Source of the DNA: Oculina patagonica
Lineage: Eukaryota
Reading direction: 5' to 3'
Assembly: GCF_052425735.1 (NCBI RefSeq)
Contig: NC_135761.1
Location: 24,180,001-24,244,000, forward strand
DNA length: 64,000 nt
This document shows positions 1-10,578 of this stretch, piece by piece. The notes under the pieces were generated by a model that saw only the letters and a list, made by a program, of their open reading frames with translations, did no database searches and was not told the DNA's origin. Numbering within the stretch: the stretch's first letter is position 1; each line of letters begins with the position of its first letter. Both the position numbers and the translations under genes were made by a program.

Positions 1-219
1 GTGAGAAATTTTGCTGAGTGTTCTAGCCTCGCGGACAGCATTATAAAGCTGCGAGTCATACAAACAAGGAACATCTTTTAATGCATAGATTGTGGAACTT
101 GCCTTGTCTTTTACTTTGTAGACGACACCAAAAGCACCATTGCCAAGTCGCTGTTGGATTCTAACTGTTTTGTTGTTAACTGAAACTCTCGGTGGAAGAT
201 TCAGAGCGGCCTGCTGCAT
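1..219 (-). CDS. 5' end of a type-A STK35/PDIK1L-like kinase (continues beyond the window start)
   Basis: Manual translation from ATG at 219: MQQAALNLPPRVSVNNKTVRIQQRLGNGAFGVVYKVKDKASSTIYALKDV...; Gly-rich loop and ALK lysine; paralogous to 36351-36569. Confidence 0.85.
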   Translation of the reverse strand, partial: MQQAALNLPPRVSVNNKTVRIQQRLGNGAFGVVYKVKDKASSTIYALKDVPCLYDSQLYNAVREARTLSKISH

Positions 220-628
220 TTTATTTGCTATTCTTCTCTCGTCGTAAAAAACAAAATGCAACAGAGCTTCAAAGTGGAGGACGGGTTCTCGGAAAAATCC
301 TGTTTACCTGCTATTAAATTCGCACCATGCCCGTATATGGTCAGAAAGTCATTGTCATTTCAGACATACTATAAAGTTTTACGGTCCCAATACTAAAAAC
401 AACTTTCCCAGAAGTGGAAAACCCGTTTCGTCCAATCAGAAAGCGGCTGTCAAAACAAATCAGTATTTTCAAACATGGTAGCTTTGTCGATGGCGCCAGC
501 TTCTCGCTCTCCGGGGTTTTGGCTTTTTCGCAGTACATTTTTAGACAAATACGAGGTTAAAACGTGCTAAAGTAGGTTCAAACCTTTACATAAACCTACT
601 TAAATAAACTACTTACCGCATTTCTGCT

Positions 629-740
629 GAAGAAAACGAAAACAGAAAAACTGAGGAAATTCAACCAGAAGAGCTCAGCAGGTACGTTGGTGAATTTTTT
701 CTTAGAGATGGCCAAGAATACGAACCATCAAGCCTTCAAG
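629..740 (+). mobile_element. Degenerate Crypton-like (tyrosine-recombinase transposon) N-terminal coding relic
   Basis: Reads EENENRKTEEIQPEELSRYVGEFFLRDGQEYEPSSL, resembling the 'I.P.ELD.YL..F....RK.DG.EYEPSSL' region of Crypton/DUF3504-type proteins; no intact ORF. Confidence 0.5.
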
Positions 741-1513
741 ATTTGTTTTCACGGTTTCAATGGGTACGATTAAGGACATTAGCTAAGCGCGCATAAAATC
801 GCAAGTCAAGCGTCACGGCTTTGAAACCGAAGGTCAATTTCTTAGAAAACCTGTTGTTTGCTCAGTCGCGTGACTTGTGCATAGCAATGTCCTCGTTTCC
901 GATTTCGTCTGTGGACGAAAAAGCCGCCGAGTCATATCATCGAAAGCGTCTCGCTGTTCTTATATTTGTTGAATTGTAGTTATTTATCGTTTCCAAGAGA
1001 AACATTTAACCTTGACAGAAGATGATATAAGTTCAGTTTCATTAGCATGCCCTACCGCCTCCCCCGCCGGAAGTATTGCAACCGAATTTAGAGAAGGGAA
1101 AGCACTATCAGACATTTCCCCCAAATATAAGAATGCATTTCACTCCTGTCATGACTATTTTAGAGAAGATAGCTGTCTTTCTTCATGTCCTTTAATCAGA
1201 TTACAAAGTGAACATGCCAGCCATTCCGCCCCCTTTCATAGAACTACTTCGCTTAGGTTAAACTGAAATCCCCCAATCTTTTAACAATAAACAAATTCTA
1301 TGACAAAAACTGTCAGACAAGCATTTGCTAAAACAATAATTTCATTCGCCCTCGATGGACATGTCAATGAGATGATCATAATCAACTCGCACTTCATGCT
1401 TTTTGATTATTTTGTCGCCTGATTTCCAACTCATGCTCATGGAATAATTGTAACATAATATGAAACAATTACGATATAATAATTGTCTGTATTATCATAC
1501 ATTCCACAGAGAT

Positions 1514-2419
1514 ATGGCGACTTGTGATGATGATTTCTTATGCATTTTGCAAGATGACAGCCAAGAAGGAGAGCAAGAAATTCCAGATATTGGTCATTCT
1601 CCAGCCGAAGCTACAACATCAAAGTCTATCAGTTTTGACATGTGGAATGGTTGTACCCTAGGAAACTTTAGGGCCAAACTGGGTCAAAACAGGACATTCA
1701 AACCTATTTGTATTTATCTGCTTAAAGAAGTTACAGAGTTTCTGAGTAGGTTCAACATTCAGTACCTGGTTTGTGGTGGCACAGCTCTGTCAGTGTACAG
1801 GGAAGGTGGGAAAATGATATGTCATGATGGGGATGTTGATATTGCCATATTTGAGTCTGACTTTTCAAGTGTTATGCAGAATCTTTCTGCCTTAACTTCC
1901 AAGCAAGATGGTTACATAAGCCTGTCAGACAAATGCCCTGTGAATGGAACAAGTTGGTTTAATGTAGATGGAAGCGAAATCTTGTACAACGGATGTGGTG
2001 GTAAACGGCTTAAATTCTGTGCTACTAGAAAACTCTGGGATGACTTTGGAATAAGAACTGATTTGAGGTTTGATCCAACTCTGGCTCATTTAGATTTGTT
2101 TACCTTTGGACAGCATCCTGATGACCCTTCTTGCTTTTGCTACAACTGGAATATTCCTGGAAGGTACGATTTCCGGCGGAAGCGATTCCCAAAGTCATGT
2201 GTATTACCACTCAAGTCTTATAAATTTGAAGGCGTTTCTGTTCAAGGGCCAAATTGTTTGAAGACTTTCCTTGAAGTAGAGTATGGATATCTGGGCCGCG
2301 ATGCAATGTTTGACTTTGCCTCTCAACTTTATGTAAAAATTCCCGAACCAGTTTTTGAAAACCTACCAAAAAAGATGAAAAAAGCACTAGCCAATGATAG
2401 CGAAATGAATGAAGCGTGA
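1514..2419 (+). CDS. LicD/fukutin-family nucleotidyltransferase-fold phosphotransferase, 301 aa, intact
   Basis: GGTALSVYREGGKMICHDGDVDIAI matches the LicD consensus GGTLLGAVR..G.IPWDDD.DI; also has HLDLF and PLK.Y.FEG..V.GP....FL...YG. ATG 1514 follows a ccacag acceptor-like site and is conserved in the paralog at 29024. Confidence 0.85.
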   Translation: MATCDDDFLCILQDDSQEGEQEIPDIGHSPAEATTSKSISFDMWNGCTLGNFRAKLGQNRTFKPICIYLLKEVTEFLSRFNIQYLVCGGTALSVYREGGKMICHDGDVDIAIFESDFSSVMQNLSALTSKQDGYISLSDKCPVNGTSWFNVDGSEILYNGCGGKRLKFCATRKLWDDFGIRTDLRFDPTLAHLDLFTFGQHPDDPSCFCYNWNIPGRYDFRRKRFPKSCVLPLKSYKFEGVSVQGPNCLKTFLEVEYGYLGRDAMFDFASQLYVKIPEPVFENLPKKMKKALANDSEMNEA

Positions 2420-2446
2420 ATAAGATACATTCTGCCCCATAACTTA

Positions 2447-3757
2447 CAGGACAACTCGGATTAATATTAATCCGCGGATTATAATAATAATAGATTATAA
2501 TAGGATTATTATAATCCAGTAATAGATTATTATAATCCAGTAATAGATTATTATAATCCAGTAATATATTATTATAATCCAGTAATAGATTAAGGCACGG
2601 CAAAAAATTGGAAGGATTAGATTATTATTAATATTATAATCCGGATTAATATTAATCTCTATTATAATCCCAATAAAATTCCTTGAATGTTCGGATAACA
2701 GATATGTCTATTTGACTATCTGACAGATATGTATATGACAAACACACTGCAGACTTACAACACAGGACTGACAGAACATAAGTCACTTATTACATCCGTC
2801 AATTGTAAGTAAAGGTGACGGGCCTACACGACTCCTACGTTCGTGACATTTGTACCTTTGCCGTTTTATGTTAAGTTAGGTCTTTCGACCTTATTTGCTT
2901 CTGACTTCTTTCTGAGGGTACTGTTTTTATTTGGAGGCATTATGTATTGAATAGAGCCGTAAGATTGTGGCCAAGGAAGTGTCTAGAGGTCATTAGTCCG
3001 CGCTGCGTGGTTTCCGTTTACAAGTAGAGTTGAATGACACCTCTAAATCTGTACTTTGCCACATGTTGTGCTAGTTCAGTTTGTTTTGGCTCAATTCTAT
3101 TTGCAAGATATGCTTTAGGCTCTCAAAATGTTCGCCCTTGAAGGACAAGATATGAAATGTTACGTGAAAATGTAAACTACTTGCATTTTATTGACGCCGG
3201 GCCCGGTATTTTAATCAATATTGTTGCAAGATTATCTTGGTCCGGCTTCGCCAGAGACTGTTTCAGCTTTACTATGAAAAAGCTGAAAGTTGGTTTCAGA
3301 GAGACACTCTGTGTTGTAAAGGCTATGCTTCTTGCATTATTTTGATCGAGCGCTCTGTCTTTTTAGCTCGTTGTTTAGGATTTTTTACCTCCCTTGTTGT
3401 TGCGTTGCGTTGGCACCACATGATTCAAATATAGATTTGAAATCTTTCACGCGCAAGTCTGTTGACTATTTTGCGTTTTGTATATGCCAGTATATGGTTC
3501 AGTTCGGAAGCTTTGGACTAGGATTGAGTTGTTGAGATTTATTATTAAGATTAATATTAATCCGATTAATATTAATCTTACATAAGATTAATATTAATCC
3601 TAATGGATTAAGGCACGGCTCAAACCTCAGTAATAGATTATAATAATCTATTACTGGATTATAATAATCTATAACTGGATTATAATAATCTATTACTGGA
3701 TTATAATAATCATTAGGATTAATATTAATCCGATTAATATTAATCCGAGTTGTCCTG
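2447..3757. mobile_element. Non-autonomous TIR element (1311 bp) in the LicD 3' region, with subterminal 21-bp tandem repeats
   Basis: TIR CAGGACAACTCGGATTAATATTAATC at both ends; 6-bp TSD AACTTA (2441-2446, 3758-3763); empty site cccataacttagcggtac in the paralog at ~29951. Confidence 0.9.
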
Positions 3758-5322
3758 AACTTAGCGGTACAATTGTTGGGTAGAGTTTTGCGACTTAGCG
3801 AGATAAAGTTGCATTATGATGTAGAAACAGCTGTTCACACCTGACTGGACCTGTCCGCTGTGAGTTATGTGAAGGATTCATGCGAAGCGGTCTGACCTGG
3901 CGCCAAAATTTTGAGCCGACCCGGCTAAAACGTACCAGTCAAGGTGCTCAAGTCGAAAAACCGGACCGGATTGGGACTGGACAGTAGGAGTCTCAGGCAT
4001 TTAAGCAAAGAACATTTTTTAATGAAACTTGCCCCGTCGTTTACTTTGTAGTACCAGTTGCGTGTCCTAGCTTCGACGCAAAGAGTGATTTCTCTAAAGT
4101 TCCAATTTTTAGATGCTCAGTCATAATTTATCGTCTTGGGGGTAGGGGTAAGGAGATTTTCGTATAAGGCATATTTGTGATATTCAGTGACGGGAATGAC
4201 TAATGTATGTAAGCTCATTTGAGGAAAAAAAACGAGATTATAAAACGGGTGAACTTTCGATTTCCTTACAAGGGTCCCCTCACCTTGCGAATGTTTATTG
4301 TTTGATGTCCATTTTAAGTATTTCGTCTTCTAGGAAACGGTTCAATAATTAACCTTTAAGGTAAAATCTGGCTCCATGATATAAAGCTAACACGACTCTA
4401 CATACAATAATGAAAATCGAATTCCAGCATTTTTTAAATTTGATCTCCAAATATCTGAAATTTTTTTCACTCATTTAAACTCGATCTTGTAAATATTATG
4501 CAGCAAAGGGTTTTGTTGAATGATCTTGAGGACTTTATGCTGAAAATACAGTTCAGTAAATATATCGAAACAAGTTACCAACTGGTACGCTTTGTCTGTC
4601 AAATGTGCATGCCAAAATACATGCATATTTGCAAATGCATGATGTCAAATACAATAAGAGGCGTTTGCTTGTAAACAAGTCAATGGAAGTGAGAAAGTTG
4701 AACTATTAGGCGCCTATTTACGCCATACCCTTTAGATGGTGTCGCTCTCGTTTCAGTTCCATAAAGAAAAGCAAGGGAGGATTTTGAATAAGTACTAATT
4801 AAAGGGACCGACTTTCAGGTTCGTCTATGTTTATGGAAAGGCGACTTTACTCAGCCCGACGGATTCAGCGTGTAAAGATCTAGTTTTGTCACGAAACGAG
4901 GTCACGAGTGAATGAAAGTGAATCATAAACTGAAATTAATATTTCCGGTAACAAAACTGGTAACGGAAACGAAGGAGACAAAACGAAATTCAGTAGCAAC
5001 CAGTTAAACCCAGATCTAGGCTGACTTCTTCAAACAGCCTGTTTATTCAGACTGGTTATTTATTGGAACTGAAACTGAATTACTCAGTTCTTTTAAACAA
5101 TTACAGTAAACTGGAGAAGTACATCTGAAATCATGCTATCTTTTTAAACTAAACAGGCAAACTTGTGGGTTAATTCTCTATAATAATTTCTTGATCACTC
5201 ACTTCGCAGAGGTTTTTTTTTTACTGAAATACAAAGGAGAATAACATCTTATGCATTAGCCGAGGTTAAAGTAAGTGTCCTGAATGTCTACAGCTGAGAC
5301 TAAAGTTAAGACTGCTGGCGAT

Positions 5323-7064
5323 TTAACAGCACCAACCAGACGCTTGTTGTGTTGTATTTGCTTCCAGCCTTACACTTTGTCGAGCAGATTGGACTCTTTC
5401 ATTAATTTACACAGCGCTTGGCCTCTCGTTTGCGTTGTACAATAAGGCATCAAGAGTGACTTTTCGTTGGGAAGTTGTTACATTCGTGTAAAGCGAAAAT
5501 GTAACTTTGGCATTTGGGTTTCTTGCCATGGCGTACCCAAGACCAACTTTCCCTTCCCAACCAAGGCTGACGAAGACACCGTAAAACCGCTTTCCGCCAA
5601 GCACAATGAAATCCCGCTCAAGGATTGCGAAAAACAGCGTACCAAGGGAAAATACGTCAGCTTTTTCAGGGTAATGGCCAGCGAAAAACTCTGGAGCCAC
5701 CCAGTGTATGGGGCCAATTCCTGAGCTCATGTAGTATTGTGTGTAACTGGTCAGCCATGAACCGTCTTCAGCGTTGGTTCGTTTGAGTGCGGTGTACTCG
5801 CGAGCAAGACCAAAATCAGCCAACTTCACATCCCCCATTGCGGTCAAAAGGACATTATCCGCCTTTAAATCGCGGTGAACCACACCGCGTGAGTGGAGAT
5901 GGGCAAGAGCTTCGGCAATTTGACTCATCCACTTCATATTCGTTTCTGTACTACTCGTCGGGGGTGGAAGAGGAATAATGAATAATGAATAACGGGCTAA
6001 AACAGATAAGGAATATTTAAGGTTCAATGCTTGGAATAATGAATAAGTCATTTCCAGTAAAGGAATAATGAATAGTGGTTATTCACCGTGCTCAAACATT
6101 ATCTTTTATCTTCAGACCAAAGAGAGGGTGGGACACTCAAAATAATTAATTGTATGATGGGCATCTAAAATAGTGCAACACTTTTACCAGAATGTCTAAA
6201 ATAGCGTTTCTGGGGTTCAAAAAATGAAAATTTTCCCGGGGGAGCATGCCCCCGGACCCCCCTACTTTGTTATGTATCAGGCAGCATCAAGTCCATCCCA
6301 ATAACTATCTGGTTGCAAACAATTAAAGCTGACCCACTGTTATCGACACAGTGACAATCACGTCCCATCAATACACTACAGTATTTTTGTTATCACTTTA
6401 AACCGCAATTTTGTGTGATATTCGAAATTTAGCTTGATATGTTGTCATTTTTTGCGTGGAGGGGGGTCATAAAAAAATTAGGATTTACGAAGGGGGGCAG
6501 GGTAAAAATCTCTGATAACGAAGGAGGGCAAACGCATTTTTCAGGCACTGTCGTTCAAATTCTACCCCCATGATCCCATACAAAATGAAGGTTTACTTTA
6601 TTTAGGCAATAGGGAATAATGAATAACAAGAAAAGTCTGAAAATGAATAATGAATAAGTCGTGAAAAATGTGAAGGAATAATGAATAAGTCAGTTCCAAT
6701 AATTCCTCTTCCACCCCCGATACTCGCTCGATCAAGACACTCGTTTAAACTTCCGCCCGAGCAGTACTCAGTCAAAAGCAGCATGTGTACGCGCGCCTTG
6801 TGTATCACGGAACTGATCTGCTCCTATGATGGCGATCACATTCTCGTGGAAGATTTTGTTCAGTGTTGTAGCCTCGCGGATAGCATTACGAAGCGCCGAG
6901 GCATTCCAACAAAGAACATCTTTTAATGCGTAGACTGTGGAACTTGCCTCGTCTTTTACTTTGTATACGACACCAAAAGCGCCATTGCCAAGTCGCTGCT
7001 GGATTCTAACTGTTTTGTTTCCAACGGAAACTCTTGATGGAAGATTTACAGTGGCCTGTTGTAT
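5323..7064 (-). pseudogene. Type-A STK35/PDIK1L-like kinase pseudogene
   Basis: Paralog of 31553-32536 with start ATG>ATA (7062-7064), +4 frameshift near 6790, MITE insertion 5958-6720 and premature TAA at 5407; original GWCC-stop at 5323. Confidence 0.9.
5958..6720. mobile_element. Non-autonomous TIR element (763 bp) inserted in the kinase CDS
   Basis: 19-bp TIR TCGGGGGTGGAAGAGGAAT; 6-bp TSD TACTCG (5952-5957, 6721-6726); empty site in the paralog at ~32197; AATAATGAATA subterminal repeats. Confidence 0.9.
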
Positions 7065-8102
7065 TTTATTAGCTTTTTTCTCTCTTTGTAAAAAGTTACC
7101 AAAGGCGCGACAGAGCTTCGAATGGCTTCTCGGAAAATGCCTGTTTTTGTTGACATCTAGCTTATCGGACGTCTATAAGGGAAAGGAAGGGACGGGATGG
7201 AGCATCAAAACTAATTGCTTTCGAGGAGTCTTTCAACCTACAACTGCGAGTTTCATTGCCTTTAGTTAAGATTAACATTCCGTATAGTTTACTTTAGACA
7301 AAACATTAAAACCATAACCTGGAGAATATATTAAATTTGCCTTTCTCGAAAGTCTTCCTAATTCGAAAACTCTGAGCCACCCTCTCTCACAACAAATTCT
7401 ATTTCTAGGAAACGGCGCTAAATATGATCACGATGCGAAACTAAATAATTAATACGAAATACAGCGTTTCCACGGAAACCCAAAGTCAACATTCCAGTTA
7501 AATTTGAAATGTTGTAATTTGAGATTTTAGTTTTGAGAAATATGCCAGCTTTTGACCTCGAGATATGTAAGTCAGTTTGAGAACTGCCTGCTGGAAAACG
7601 TAAACATTTGACTGCCAAGGCATGTTACTTGCAACTTAGAGATATATAAGGGTTTTGCTGCAGCGGCTTACAAACAGATATGTGCTTCTCAATCCAGTGA
7701 TTTGTTGTTGCTTTTAAAGCACAAGACAATTGAGCCGTCGAGGCGAGACATGCATGACGTGAGGCCGGAAAATATCCATACCCAAATGAAGTCAGAAAGT
7801 AACTCAGAACCAGGAGAGTATTTGCACATGAATAGGCAACAATTCAGGGTGGAAATGAGAAGATGTGAAAGACATCGCCTTAAACGTTGGAAGGGCTGAT
7901 ACTTGTTCGCTTTGGGAAAGAAGATATATCTAGACAAACGAACAAACCAAAAACAAAACAGCTTGATCAGTGTGGTCTAAATACAATTATTTACTTTGTA
8001 ATACTTTATGTTCCACCGTGAAATACAACGGAAATAACATCAATTATAGGGACATGTCAAGTCAAAGTCAGCTCCTGAATCATGTTAAAACTGCCTGCGA
8101 CC

Positions 8103-9065
8103 TCAGAAACAACACCAACCGGGCGCTTCTTTTGTCTTTTTACCTTTCAGCCTTATACTTTCTTGACTAGATTGGACTCTTTTGTGAACTTCCTCAGCGC
8201 TTGGCCTGTCTTTTGCTTTGTACGATAAGGTATCAAGAGTGACTCTTCGTTGGGAAGATGATCCTTGGGTCTCGGGCGAAAACCTTACTTTGATATTTTG
8301 ATTTTGGGACATGGCGTACCCCAGACCAACTTTGCCTTCCTGATCAAGGTGGACAAAGGCACCGTAAAACTGCTTTCCTCCAAAAAAGACGTAATCCCTT
8401 TCCAGAATTGCAAAGAAGATCACTCCAAGCGAAAACACGTCCGCCTTTTCAGTGTAGTGGCCGCTAAATACCTCGGGAGCAATCCAGAACGGTGTGCCAG
8501 CCAATGTGTTCATGTAATACAGCTTGTAAAACGTCAGCCACCCTTTCAACCACCCGTTCACAAGATCCGCGTGCTTGAGTGCAATATACTCTCGTGCCAG
8601 ACCAAAGTCTGCCAATTTTGCCTCTTCTGTGTTTGTAAGCAGCACATTTTCTGGTTTTAGATCACGGTGGACGATGCCATTCTTGTGGAGGTACCTCAGA
8701 GCATCTGCAATTTGACTCATCCACTTCAGGTTCATCTCCTCGCTGCTTCGTCTTGTTAAGCGCTCGTTTAGACTTCCACCGGCACACAACTCAGTTAAAA
8801 TCAGAAAGTGTATTGGGCCATGTTTTTTTGTAGACCAGTCTACGCCTTGGATGGTAATTATGTTCTTGTGGCTGACTACTTTGCAGAGAGACTCGGCCTC
8901 ACTGAGAGCATCCTGAAGACCGCTGTCGTTTTCACAACAAATGTCCTTTAGGGCGAACACTTCCGAGGTAGCTTGGTCTTTGACTTGGTACACGACTCCG
9001 AACGCGCCGTTTCCAAGTGTTTTCTGAATCGTTAAGCCTCTCTCCCCAACCTGAACTTGTTGCAT
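8103..9065 (-). CDS. Type-B STK35/PDIK1L-like Ser/Thr kinase, intronless, 320 aa, polybasic + WCCF tail
   Basis: LGNGAFGVV, FALK, HRDLKPEN, DFG, GTPFWIAPE, GHYTEKADVFSLGVIFFAILER (STK35/PDIK1L-like); ATG at 9065. Confidence 0.88.
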   Translation of the reverse strand: MQQVQVGERGLTIQKTLGNGAFGVVYQVKDQATSEVFALKDICCENDSGLQDALSEAESLCKVVSHKNIITIQGVDWSTKKHGPIHFLILTELCAGGSLNERLTRRSSEEMNLKWMSQIADALRYLHKNGIVHRDLKPENVLLTNTEEAKLADFGLAREYIALKHADLVNGWLKGWLTFYKLYYMNTLAGTPFWIAPEVFSGHYTEKADVFSLGVIFFAILERDYVFFGGKQFYGAFVHLDQEGKVGLGYAMSQNQNIKVRFSPETQGSSSQRRVTLDTLSYKAKDRPSAEEVHKRVQSSQESIRLKGKKTKEAPGWCCF

Positions 9066-9478
9066 TGTTGTCACCGGTCGAAGCTGAGCTTTCTAGGCTT
9101 CTAGTTGCGAGTTTTGATGGAAGCTGTTGTGCCTGCTCGATCAGAGCGGAAGGAGGTATTCTTAGAAAACGAGACACGTGATCGATAACTCGATTGTAAT
9201 CTTGATAAGTAATCAGAGATAGTTGAAATTGTGGATGGCAGGGGTCAATGGGATATTATCGAACTTGGGTTTTCGAGTACAGCAGTCAGCGATTTGGAGG
9301 AATATTTGATTTTCGAAATATTACTTTAAACTACTTTCCAATCTCTTTCCGTCTTCACAGCTGAGATCATACAAAAGCCCATAGTTATAACCTGTTCGCT
9401 AAGGTAGACTGCGAGCATACTCTTTGGAGGACGAACACAAAAGCAAGCGAGAACCAGTCTTGAAAAACGAAGGGTAAA

Positions 9479-9550
9479 CGTTGCGGTAAGAAGCACATTA
9501 TCCGCCTTCAAATCGCGGTGAACCACTCCGTGTGAGTAGAGATGGGCAAG
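9479..9550 (-). pseudogene. Kinase catalytic-loop fragment
   Basis: LAHLYSHGVVHRDLKADNVLLTAT; flanked by unrelated DNA and the minisatellite/P element. Confidence 0.8.
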
Positions 9551-9593
9551 CGATTGTTGGGGCAAAGGCTGCGATTTTAGGGGCAAAAGCAGC
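9545..9593. repeat. ~21-bp minisatellite (GGCAAAGGCTGCGATTGTTGG), left part
   Basis: 2-3 degenerate units; the array continues at 15613-15722 on the other side of the P element. Confidence 0.75.
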
Positions 9594-9669
9594 GATAGTT
9601 AGTAGAGGAGACTGGTTATGAAACGCGGTTAACATCAAAGGCCGATGTCTTTGTTATGGTTTTCCCTTA

Positions 9670-9710
9670 GTCACATGATCTTGACCGTGCACAAGAAAAT
9701 CAACATGGCG
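9670..9710 (+). promoter_or_regulatory. Left subterminal promoter-like module (E-box-like GTCACATGA + TGACCGTGCACAAG + YY1-like CAACATGGCG)
   Basis: Inverted copy of the module at 15467-15508; lies ~110 bp upstream of the THAP ATG; function inferred. Confidence 0.5.
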
Positions 9711-10414
9711 ATCGGAGTTACGTGAATGTGCGGAGAATTACGCTGTATTTTGCCGGATTTTTAGCTTAGATTAGTCTCGATTCGATAAATGTTATAGCTA
9801 TATTGTTCATCAGTCGTCATGCCCGGAGATAACTGCGCTGTATTTGGCTGTGGGAGTTGTAGAAGAACGAAAGGGATCGGTATTTGGAAGTTGCCCGCGG
9901 CGAAGGACGAGGCACACAAGAAATGGCGGGACGATTGGTTGAGTGAGATCACAAAGACGCGTGAGATCGACCATGAATTTCGAAAAAGGATCGAAAATGA
10001 CAAGGTGTTTACCTGTGAAAAACACTTCGACGTTGAAGATTTCGAAATATGTAAGTACGGCTACGATATACAGTAGAAATTGAAGATATGCTCTCGCTTG
10101 CCATATGGTTTTGTTTACGATCTCTGTGAAATTTTCTTGAATGTTAATTTTCATCTTTCTTATTTGTGTTCTACTTTATTTCCAAATGCAGTTCAAACGG
10201 CGAAAATGACGAAGAAGAAACCACGATTCGGCGCCATCCCAAGATTAAACATGCCAAGGAAAAGTCACGAAGCTGCAAAGCCTACACCAAGACCTGCTCG
10301 ATCGGTTGTCAAGGAGCACGATCAACAACCCAAGGCATGTTACAAGTCGTTTAGTGAATTGTGCCAGCGAATCACTGGCTTGAAAACCCTGAAAGGTTGG
10401 AAATTTAAAACAAT

Positions 10415-10578
10415 TCTCTATTTTCCAATTGCCCATAATGCACTTTGTTTGCCCCCCAAATTTTGCATAAACTATTGTTTTGGAAATATGCAGTCCTCCC
10501 AAGAGAATTTGAAAACAATAGTTTATGCAAAATTTGGGGGGCAAACAAAGTGTATTATGGGCAATTGGAAAATAGAGA
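10415..10578. mobile_element. Palindromic MITE (164 bp) inside transposase exon 2
   Basis: TCTCTATTTTCCAATTGCCCATAAT... long inverted arms; AT duplicated on both sides. Confidence 0.88.

Larger units (their letters stand above)
1215..7360. repeat. Segmental duplication unit 1 (LicD gene + type-A kinase); partner at ~28757-32910
   Basis: Long colinear near-identity over the LicD gene, intergenic spacer and kinase; this copy carries two extra MITE insertions; boundaries approximate. Confidence 0.9.

Noticed and set aside
2211-2603. ORF with LLLDYNN repeats
   Set aside because: Translation of the 21-bp subterminal repeats of the MITE, antisense to LicD
5407-6051. 214-aa kinase ORF as a functional gene
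   Set aside because: N-terminus is MITE-derived, the N-lobe is missing and it ends at a premature stop
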